Part shown: piece by piece, positions 47,401 to 56,811 of the stretch | Layout of the letters: each line of letters starts with the position of its first letter | How positions within the stretch are numbered: the stretch's first letter is position 1 | Origin: Mantamonas sphyraenae STR306 | Taxonomy: Eukaryota; Protista; CRuMs | Direction: 5' to 3' | NCBI GenBank assembly: GCA_026936335.1 | Contig: JAPMXV010000059.1 | Span: forward strand, 268,105 to 332,104 | DNA length: 64,000 nucleotides | Position numbers and translations under genes: made by a program | Notes under the pieces: model-generated | What the model saw: the letters and a program-made list of their open reading frames with translations, nothing else | Database searches by the model: none | What the model was told of the DNA's origin: nothing

Positions 47401-50400
47401 AGTACGTCGACGGGTAGTCTGCTGAGTAGCATGGCACGGCGCACTTCATCTGCGGGAATACGCCGCCCCGCAGCACGCGCTCTGTCATACCACAGCACCA
47501 AACGAAGTAAGCGTCAAGGCTCCCGAAGTCTGGGGCACACACGTCCGACATCTCCTGTGTCTGTGGGATCGGACGTGGAGCGCGACCGTTCTGAGCCTGT
47601 CATCACGGTGAGCGATTCGGCGAGTGCCAAGGGCGACGACTCACTGCCGCCCCGGGGACGTGTTTCGAGTGACGAGACCATGGACAGGGATCTGGTGGCA
47701 CGTACCACTCGCTTCCACAGTGACGATGTGACCAGAGTCACAGCCACGTTGACACCGCCGCCCGGGCGGTTGATGGCGGACAAGCGCAAATCAGACGGAT
47801 CCAATGAGGTTGAGCCGATGTTGGTGGTGAACACGGATGCGAGCGCAGCAGTGGGACGCAACCGCTCCGCGCCTCTGGAGCCTCTGGCCACGGATGTGGA
47901 TGACGAGGAACGGGCTGGGCGAGAAGAGGTGGGAGATACCATGGACTCGGACCGGTCGTCGTCAGGACAGTCTAGTGGGAGCGGGAGTGACACGGACGAT
48001 GGAGTGGGCACAGGGCTTGCTGCACGCGTTCGGCGAGCCGGGGACGCGGAGCTGTCGCGTGCACGCACTCGCAAGAGTGGCGAGTCGTCCAAGCGTACTT
48101 CCGGGACCACATCAGGACACGAGACGGGCAACAGCAGCGGCGAGTACACAAGCGGATCGAGTGCGGCGTCCGGAACCTCCAGTCTGCGACGACGGCTGAA
48201 AACGATGCGGCAGAACATGAGCGACGAGCAAACAAACAGCAAGACGAGCGGAAGCGTGAAACAGCTGCAAGGAGTCGTGTATGTGGTGCTGGCCCTGCTG
48301 TTTGTGAGTTTGGTGAGCAACTTTATTGCACAGGACTCGTTCCTGACGTTGAGCGAAAACAAGGTGCTGGCGCAAGCGGATGTGAACAAGATGCCCGTGC
48401 TGGCGGCGGAAACAGGTTTCCAGACACTGCTTCTGGATCTTCGTCTGCGTGACGGGCGCTTGTTTGACTTGTCTGCTGCGTTCAAACAACTGAATGCCAG
48501 TGGCCAGGGCAACTCGAGCAGGGCCGTAGCTCTGCAAACGGAAATGACCGAGTGGACTCCTCCGGGAATGAGCACAGACGCGTTTGACAAGCAATTGCAC
48601 GTGCTGCTGGGCATGGTCGAGTTTAGCAACAACCAGGGACATGTTTCGCAGTTGGCAGTTGCCTTTAGCAAGCTGCGCACGACCCTGTTTGTGGAGAACT
48701 CGGCCTTGTCAAAGTCGGAAGTGGCGCAGTTGCGTGGGATCACAGAGACGTTCAAAATCCGAGTAGACGCAACGGGACAGGAGACGACGCGCACGATGTC
48801 GCTGCGAGACATGAGTTTCCTGTTCCAGTCGTCGATGGAGTACACGGCCGGTGTCAACGTGACTTTGGAACGCGAGCGCGGGCGAAACACTCTGGAGTCT
48901 TTGTCGCAGGTCTACTTTATCCTTCACAATGCAGAGGGAGCAGTGACAAAGGCGACGGTCAAGGCTAGCCAGCTGATGGCAACGAGCGCCCAGTCTGCGT
49001 CCGTACAGGTGACGGTGATCAGCACAACGACACTGGTGATTGCGGTGGCGGTTGTTGTGGCACTGATGTGGCTGACCTTCAGGCCTGTGGTGACACACAT
49101 CGCCATGGAGAACCACTTCACGCTGGAGACGTTTCTGGACATTCCGCGTCGGTCTGTGGTGAGCATGGTGAACAGGTACCGGCGACTGATGCTGGCCATG
49201 GAAGAGGAGTCGCAGGGCCAGGAGGTAGCGGAGTACGACGATGGCGAGCAAGGGGCCAGCGTTGGGGAAATGGCTGAGCGAGCGTCGGTGGTGGCGTTCT
49301 CGGAGGGGTCGCGCTCAGTGGGGCGCGACAACGCAGGGGGGAAGCAAACCAAAAAGGCCCACAGTGGCGGGAATGGAGAGGAAAGCCAGGGCACGGGGTC
49401 AACGCCGAGCAGTGACGAGAGCACAGGCAGCAGTGCGGATGAGGAAGGCGGGAAACGCCGGAGGAGGAAGAAGAGAAAGAAGAAGAAGCACAGGCGAAGT
49501 GTGCGAGGAGGCGGTGATATCATGACGACGGGGATGCATTTGCGGTACGTGGGCGCGTTTGTGGCGTACCTGGTTGTAGCGATCATTTCGTTCTTTGCAA
49601 CGGAGGCGGCGCACGCAAAGCAAGCAGCCATTCAGGCGGAGATGGTGGACGTGGGCATGTTGCACCAGGAGTCGTCGCACGTGCCGTTCTACGTGACACA
49701 AATGGCGTCCACGAATTCGTGGGCGGTGTACAACTCGAGCCGAGCGGAGTTGAGCAGTCTGATGGGAGTACTTCAGAAGCAGTACGCCCATTTTCTGCAG
49801 ATCACAGACACGAGCAATACCAACGACGCGCAGAACACATTGCTGTACAAGCAGGACCTTTGTGCGATTCACACGTGCTACACAGACGAAGAGAGAAAGA
49901 TGGGCAACGCTGGCATCCACCAACTGATGCAGCAGTACCTTGCGCTTTCACAGAATCTGCTGGAGGTGGATGCCAACACACGGATTACATTTGACACGGC
50001 TGGTGTGCACACGTTGCTGTCTGTGTACGAAACGCTGGTGCTGCCGTCGTTTGACACGCTGACCAACCTGCTCAAGTCGGAAATCAAGGCGCTGGAAATG
50101 GAAGAGCGAGCCATTGGGATGGCCATTATGTTTGCGGGCATTTTGGTGCTCGCGTTGAGCCTGGTGATCATCTTTACGCCGATGATGGCTATCCTGAACT
50201 CGCAGGCGAAGCACGTGGAGCACATGTTTTTGATGATTCCGCTGGAGACGTTGATCGAACTGCCGCACGTGATGAAGCTGCTGGGATTGGACGTGGAGCT
50301 AATGGATGGGGCGAGTGTGACGGGACTGCTGGCGGAGGATGGGAAGCCTGCGCTCGAGCTGGAACAAGGCAAACGGCAGGCGAAATCGGGAGGAGAAAGG

Positions 50401-52076
50401 GGGGCTAACGTGGACCACTGGCTCGACGAGGTTCAGGTGGGGGAAGAAGAGGATGCAGAGGGAGATGGAGGCGACGTGTCGGGTGCACGGGAGGAAGAGA
50501 CGTCTTCACCGACGCAGAGTGGTGAAGAGGCGGGCAGGGAAGGATTGCCGAGCGGGGCGGCTGTTGGAGCACAGCTGCTGCGGAACGCACCGTTGGACGA
50601 AGAAGGGGATCGAATGTCTGCAGAGAGCGGGAGGGTGAACGTGGAGGCGGTGCAGGAGAGCCTGGGCAGCTCGAGCGACAGCGACTCAAGCGAAGGGTCG
50701 ACTCGAGACGTGACGGAGCGGCTGTTGGACTTTCTGGGCGACTTTCACGGTCTGTTGGAGAGCCATCCACGGCGCGTCGTCGTAGTATTGCTTGCGGTGA
50801 ACCTGTTGTGGTGGATACCGACGCTGGTTGTGTTTGAGGCGGCGCGACTGAAGGAGCACGCTACGTCGCTGGCATCGCTGGCGCCTGCACTGGCACTCGG
50901 TGGTGCGTCAATGCTGGGAACGACAAATGTGTTGGGAGTGCTTCCTGTGATGGTGCCGGTATGGCTGCTGATTGGCGAGAGTTTGGGCTTTGTGCGAGAC
51001 TTTCACTTGCTTGTGCAAGCTTTGACGCTGCCGCTGTGCACGTTGTTTGCGTACTTGGTTGGTGCGCCGCTGGACCTGCGTGTGTTGGGCAATACGGTGC
51101 TGGCAGGCTTTGTGGGTTCGTGTCTGGGCTTGTTGCTGGAGACGCAAGCTATGGAGATGATGTTGTTGGCGTCGATTGTGCTGGGTTTTGTGGTGGGCAA
51201 GGCGATGGCGATCCTGGTGATGCACGTGCAGATGGAGAACGAGAACGGACGGTTTGATGCGCGCACGCGCGTGGAGCTGTTTGTCATGGGTGTGGTGGGC
51301 GGCGTGCTGACGTCGTCGGCCGGGAGCGGGATGGCCGCTGTGGTGTACCTGTACATGTCGCTGTACCTGCAAGTGGACGAACGTGTGAGTATCAACACAT
51401 CTGTGTCAAGCCTGGGCATCACAAGCGTGTTTGCGTTGTGCCTGCGTTTGCTGGTAGGAAGCGAAGTGACCGCGGGTATGCTGGACGTGGTGCTGCTGAG
51501 TGCGCCTGTGCTCTTGTTTGGGGGGATGATGGGCGTGTTGAGCACTGGGTACGTGAGCCAAACGTCGCTGCAGGCGCTGCAGGGTGCAGGGGCAATGTCG
51601 CTGTACGTGTGTGTGCTTGCGGTCTATTCGGAGCTGGGCTACGTGGTGTTTGGGGCGCTCACGCTGTTGATGAATGGCATGGTGTTGAGCTACCTCCTGG
51701 CGGTGGGCGGCAACATCCGCTCAGCGACGCTGTTGCTGATGGACACAAAGGACGGCAAGGAGTGGATGATGAAGATGCAGCGTGCGAAGCGAAGGAGGAA
51801 GAAGAAGGCGAAGAAGGCGAAGCTGCAGAGGCGAATGGAACGGACGGAGCGACGCAAGGCAGCAGCTGGCGTGGATGAGGCGGTCGAGGTGGTTGCGCTG
51901 GAGGTGGCCACTGAAGACGAAGGCGAGGTGAGAGGGAAGCCTGCACCGCGCGCTGGACGTGTGGGAGTTTCGTCTGCGTCCCAGAGTCCTGTTGGAGTAC
52001 ATGCGCCGCGTATGAATACGCTGGCAGTGATTCGGGAGCATTCGGAGGGTCAGGAGGAGGAGGAGAGGAGGAGTAA
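44404..52076 (+). CDS. TmcB/TmcC-like multi-pass PAS-domain protein with a C-terminal TauE/SafE-like domain
   Basis: Intronless ~7.7-kb ORF. N-terminal TM bundle (RPHGRVD, MPYY), TPR-like PKAPRILRAYSRFVSEV, two degenerate PAS-like segments, TM-ectodomain-TM pairs ending FLDIP and FLMIP, then ~8 TMs with GVVGGVLTSSAGSG...VDERVSINTSV. The probable true stop TAA 52074-52076 needs one G restored in a GAG run. Confidence 0.72.
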
Positions 52077-52110
52077 ACTGAGTGCATTTTTTGGATGTAG
52101 GCGGCCACTT

Positions 52111-55100
52111 CTACTGGTCCAGGACATCGCTGCCGCCTGTTTTGGCAATGCGCTCGATGAGCTCGAGGCGCTTTTGGCGCACTCGGACGGGGACGAGGAA
52201 TCGGTCTTGCAGCTTCTTGCCAAAGTCGGCGTCGAGCATGCGGGCTTGCTGGACGAGCTCGCGGATGCGTTCGTGGGAGCGGTCGACGAGCTCCTTTTGG
52301 TCGAGAGCACGGGAAAACTTCATGTCTTTGATGAGCTCGTCGAGGATCTCCTCGAGTTCCTCGGTGTGCTGCTCTTCTTGGGCGAGCAGCTCCTCGACAG
52401 TAGAACGCTCCGTGGCGTCCATCTTGAGAGACTCTTCGCGGCGGTGGAGAGGCGCCAAGCACTCTCGTTCGAGGCGGACAATCATGGCGTCGTGTTCATC
52501 GTCGTTGTCGCATAGGTCGACAATATCCTTGACGAGCTGACGGATGTGCTGGTGGGTCAGCATAATGGCATCCTTCTGCTTGACGGAGCCGACAATGTCC
52601 TTGTTGTCGACAAGGTCGGCGACGCGTGCATGGGCGGCGTCGGCCTGGTCCATTTCCTGTTGCATGCGTGTGAGAAGGGCAAGCTTCTTGAGCTCCGAGT
52701 CACGCACGCGGTGCTCGCGCTCGTCGATGGGTTGCAGGTACTGTGCAACCATGCGGTCGTGGATGTCAGCCTCTTCTTCGGCGAGAGAGGCGACGTTGTC
52801 GACCTGTTCGCGCATGCGTTTGTGCAGGTCAAGGAGGGTGGCCTTGCGTTCGTTGGCACGCGTGAGTTGGTCTGCTGTGGCCAAGCGGAGGATGTCGTCT
52901 GCAGTCTCGTCGGCCTGTGCAATTTGGCGAGCGAGCTTGGACTCGAGGGCCTGGGACCAGTAGGTGTTCATGCGTCGTTCGGTCTCGTTGAGGGGCACGA
53001 TGTAGTGTGTTTGGAGGCGCTCATTGAGTTCTTCGCCGCCAAAGGTGTGCTGGATGGCGTGGACCTGTGCGCGGACCTTTGCGTGAACGCCAATGAGCAC
53101 TTCGGTGCGCTTGAGGACACGGTCGAACTTTTCGTCCGCGACGAGGGCGCCGATTTCGTTGCCAAGGTCGACGGCCTGGCGCATGAGGTCGTCGAGGGCG
53201 GCGAGCATGGCCCGCTTGGCGAGGGTTTCTTCGTCGAGGTGGCTCTCGCGCTCCTCGAGCGGCTGTATGTACTCTGCGTCGAGGCGTTCGGCGTCGCCGT
53301 CGACGTCCACTATGGCTTGGACTTGCTCGCGTATTCTTGCATGGATGGCCATCATGTCGTCCTTCTTCTTGTCGGCCTTTGTACGCTTGCCATCCTTGAG
53401 GAGGGCGACCATTTCGTTGTCGCGTGCAATGGCCTCGCGGACCAGCGGTTGCATGGCGCCTTCGAGGGCCTTTGCAGTGAGTTGCTTGACATGGGTGCGT
53501 GCGGCCTTGAGCGGGACTGTGTATGTGTCGTGGAGTCGCTGTTCGATGCCGTCGATGTCTTCGCCAACCTGGCCGACTTCTCGGATTTGCTCGCGGATCA
53601 TGCGGTGCAGGGCGACAAGAGCGTCCTTGTGTTCGAGGGCGCGCTCGTACTGGCGATTGTCCACAAGAGTGCTGAGGTGCTGCTCTTGGAGCTGCGCGTC
53701 AGTGACTTGCTGTTTGAGGATGCCTTCGACGGCCTGGCTCCACTGGATGCGCAGGGAGGCGTCTGCTTGGCGCAGCGGCTGGAGGAAGGTCTGGTCGAGG
53801 TGTTGGCTGACGCTGTCGTCGGTCTGCATGTCCGCGACCTGCTCGCGGATCAGCTTGTGGAGGGCGAGGACCTGTTCCTTGACATCGAGTGCATCTTCAA
53901 ACTGGTTGGCCTGCACGTGGTTGGCGAGCTGCTGAGCGAGCTGGGCCTCGTTGACGAGGTTGCTGTGGATCATGCCCTCGAGGCCCTGGCGCTTGAGGTT
54001 GTCGAGACGCTCCTGTGTATGGTTGAGAGGCTCAAGGTATGTTTGGTAAAGCTTGCGCGCCTTTGCGAGATCGCCGGCGAGCTGAGCCTCTTGTTCGACA
54101 CGGGCGCGCATGGTCTCTTGTTGGGCAAGGAGCTCGTCGCGCTTGAGAAGGGCGTCCTCGTGTGCGTTGTCCTGGAGGAGCTGTGCGACGTTGCGTTCGA
54201 GGTCGGAGAGCTGTTCGACGAGCTGCTGCAGGTGGGAGGTGTCCTGGGCCTCCATTTGTGCGAGTTCTGCGTTGAGCTCCTTGATGTGAGCGGTGGCACG
54301 GACGGCCTCGTCATAGCGTTCGCCGGTGAGGGCGACGCTTTGGGCGTTGCGCAAGTTTGCAAGAACGTCGTAGATCCACTCTTTGCGAGGCTTGAACTCG
54401 ATGAGGATGTCCTGGGTCATGATGGAGCCGTCCTGGAATGCGTCGTGGATGCGTGTGTGCAACTCTGACTTTTCGCGCCTGTCCTCGTCGATGATTGCGT
54501 CGAGCTCCATCTGCTGGTGCCAGTCGTTGTCGACAGGCTCGTACATGCGGAGCTCGTCTTGGAGTTTCTCGAGCTGGTCAAACTCGCTGTTGCGCTCGAG
54601 CTGGAGCGAGAGGCGTGCAATGTCGCACATGCGCTGGCCTCGCAGCTTCTCCATGCTGAGCTTGAGTTCCTGGACGAGGACGTGGTTGTGGGCCATGGAG
54701 GCGTCGATGATGTCGTCCTGCATTTGACGGTAGGCATCGGCAGGATCGACGCCGTGGAGGCGGGGATCGCTGCCTGTGCGGCGGTAGCGCGGGAGGAGAG
54801 CAAGGAGTGCGATGACGAGGACGATGGTGAGGGGCGCGTCGAGATCTGTGGTGGACATGGTCGGGAGGGCGGCAAGGAGGAGGCCGAAGAATTGGAGGAG
54901 GGCGAGAAGGGCAGTGGCTACCATGTCGAGGGTGTTGAACCAGTCGAAATGGAGGGTGTGGACGGCGACGGCGACGGGGGCGTACGGACGGTAGTAGGCG
55001 ACGATGAAGAGGTGGATGAGAGAAAGGACGAGGAGGGCAGCGGCCTGGCCCACGGGCTGCTGAAAGAGGAGGTAGGCAAAGACGGCGCTGAGGAGGCGGC

Positions 55101-56094
55101 GGGCAAAGGAGAGGACCTCAAACCAGGAGAAGCGGATGAGGAACGAGTCGTAGAGAGGACCGTAGGCAGCGACGGTGTCGCCGTAGTAGAGGGGGTCGGC
55201 GCGGACCTTTGTTTTGATGGGGATCCCGGCGTGGAGAAGGGATGAAAGGCGCCGGGCGATGGCAAAGGGGACTAGGAGGAGAGCGAGGAGGACGAGGACG
55301 GCAAAGGAAACAGCAGCAATGTGGGCGGGGGAGTCGCATGTGATGGTGGGGTCGGGGTAGAGAAGTGGGGCGGGTTCGGCGAGGCACTGAAAAGTCGAGA
55401 GGGCCGCAGCGGCGACGGGCACATACTGGGAGTGGAGGAAGAGGAAGGAGTAGCGGCGAAGGACAGAGCGCTGGGATGGGTCTTTGGCGCGTCGGTTGGC
55501 AATAAAGAGGGCGACAAAGAGGAGGAGGTCGAGAAGGAGGATGGCGAGAAAAGAGTGATGAAAATTGAATCCCTGGAGGCAATCGGGCCCAAAAAGGGAG
55601 ACGTTGAGGTCTGTGATGCGGAGAAGCTGGGCAAGGAAGCGGAAGGCAGGCGGCCAGTTGACATTAATTTGGAGGGTGAGTGATATGAGCTGGGCAAAGG
55701 CAATGCCGAGTTTGATGTGTGTGGCGGCGGTGTCTGCAAGGGAGCGGCGGAAGCGGACGATGAGGGCGACGATGACAAGGAGGGCGACAATGAAGATGAT
55801 GGCCTGGTAGAGGGCGGTTGTGGAGCAGTCGGAGCACTGGGAGGCGACGCGGGTGTAGCCCGGGGCGCAGGCGAGGCAGAGGGGAGCCTGGCGCGAAGGG
55901 AGGCATGTGGGGGAGCCTGTGCAGGCGTATGGTTGCGGGCAGCTTGAGCATGTGGAGGAGGTGGTGGTGGGGTATGGGGAGGAGCCGGGGGAGCATGGGG
56001 CGGCCAAGGTCGGGGTTGCGAGGGAGAGGAGGGAGAGGAGGGAGAGGAGGGAGAGGAGGGAGAGGAGGGAGGGAATGGGGATGGTTGATGGCAT
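52111..56094 (-). CDS. Cys-rich ectodomain + ~7-9 TM protein with a long cytoplasmic tail of UVR-like helical repeats
   Basis: Signal peptide with (SLL)n; C..C..GY....C..C; FAQLISL...NWP, FQC, DPTITC, YGPLY..F...WFE...RR; tail repeats such as QFEDALDVKEQVLALH..IREQV...FLQPL. Confidence 0.8.
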   Translation of the reverse strand: MPSTIPIPSLLSLLSLLSLLSLLSLATPTLAAPCSPGSSPYPTTTSSTCSSCPQPYACTGSPTCLPSRQAPLCLACAPGYTRVASQCSDCSTTALYQAIIFIVALLVIVALIVRFRRSLADTAATHIKLGIAFAQLISLTLQINVNWPPAFRFLAQLLRITDLNVSLFGPDCLQGFNFHHSFLAILLLDLLLFVALFIANRRAKDPSQRSVLRRYSFLFLHSQYVPVAAAALSTFQCLAEPAPLLYPDPTITCDSPAHIAAVSFAVLVLLALLLVPFAIARRLSSLLHAGIPIKTKVRADPLYYGDTVAAYGPLYDSFLIRFSWFEVLSFARRLLSAVFAYLLFQQPVGQAAALLVLSLIHLFIVAYYRPYAPVAVAVHTLHFDWFNTLDMVATALLALLQFFGLLLAALPTMSTTDLDAPLTIVLVIALLALLPRYRRTGSDPRLHGVDPADAYRQMQDDIIDASMAHNHVLVQELKLSMEKLRGQRMCDIARLSLQLERNSEFDQLEKLQDELRMYEPVDNDWHQQMELDAIIDEDRREKSELHTRIHDAFQDGSIMTQDILIEFKPRKEWIYDVLANLRNAQSVALTGERYDEAVRATAHIKELNAELAQMEAQDTSHLQQLVEQLSDLERNVAQLLQDNAHEDALLKRDELLAQQETMRARVEQEAQLAGDLAKARKLYQTYLEPLNHTQERLDNLKRQGLEGMIHSNLVNEAQLAQQLANHVQANQFEDALDVKEQVLALHKLIREQVADMQTDDSVSQHLDQTFLQPLRQADASLRIQWSQAVEGILKQQVTDAQLQEQHLSTLVDNRQYERALEHKDALVALHRMIREQIREVGQVGEDIDGIEQRLHDTYTVPLKAARTHVKQLTAKALEGAMQPLVREAIARDNEMVALLKDGKRTKADKKKDDMMAIHARIREQVQAIVDVDGDAERLDAEYIQPLEERESHLDEETLAKRAMLAALDDLMRQAVDLGNEIGALVADEKFDRVLKRTEVLIGVHAKVRAQVHAIQHTFGGEELNERLQTHYIVPLNETERRMNTYWSQALESKLARQIAQADETADDILRLATADQLTRANERKATLLDLHKRMREQVDNVASLAEEEADIHDRMVAQYLQPIDEREHRVRDSELKKLALLTRMQQEMDQADAAHARVADLVDNKDIVGSVKQKDAIMLTHQHIRQLVKDIVDLCDNDDEHDAMIVRLERECLAPLHRREESLKMDATERSTVEELLAQEEQHTEELEEILDELIKDMKFSRALDQKELVDRSHERIRELVQQARMLDADFGKKLQDRFLVPVRVRQKRLELIERIAKTGGSDVLDQ
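56021..56072. repeat. 9-nt tandem repeat (GGGAGAGGA)x5 encoding (SLL)n in the signal peptide
   Basis: Read directly from the sequence. Confidence 0.9.
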
Positions 56095-56095
56095 G

Positions 56096-56265
56096 AGGGG
56101 GTGGTGGGGGGGGGTTTGGGGGAGGGCTGGAAGGAGGGGTGGTTTTGGTTGGTGGGGCGGGGGAGGGGAAGGGGGAAGGGGAAGGGGGGGAAGAGAGGGG
56201 AAGAGAGGGGAAGAGAGGGGAGAGAGAGGGGAAGGGGATAGGGGGTGGGGTTGGCGAGGGGGCGG
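56096..56265 (+). repeat. Extremely G-rich polypurine tract with G-quadruplex potential
   Basis: More than 15 runs of 3 or more G, including (GGGGAAGAGA)n. Confidence 0.85.
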
Positions 56266-56811
56266 AAGAGGTCAACATGGACTTGGTGGAAGACATGATC
56301 GTCATTGGAGAGATCGAGCGGCCGACTCGTGCGACATGATCACAAGGCTCGGAGGCATGTGAGCTTGTAGCATAGAGGCACAGGTGCATTGTAGTCGCGG
56401 GGTTTACATTGACATGGCGTGTGCGCAACGAGCGAGGAGGTATTATATGGCCTGTGGATGCGGTTGTTTGTGGGCAAGGAGAACGGAGATGCAATGGCGA
56501 GCGAGTCAGTGCCTGTGGATGTTGTGGGCGAAGCTGGAGAATAGGTGGATGCAAGTGTGGGTGTGAGTGTGAAGATGTTTTGGATTGCGTTGTGAGGGAT
56601 GGCGGACGCGGAGGCGAGGCACAGCGCTCTCGATGTAGAGCGGTGAAGAGGAAGAAGGCAGGAAATGATGGAGTGGATGGGAATGGGAAAGAAGGGGGGT
56701 TCATTCGAGGCGCTGGCGTTTGGAAAAGGGTGGGGGAAGAGCGCTCTTCTGGGGCCTTCGTCCTGAGAACTTTTGGCTCCAAGGCGCCCAATCTTTTCCT
56801 TTCGCTTCGCC

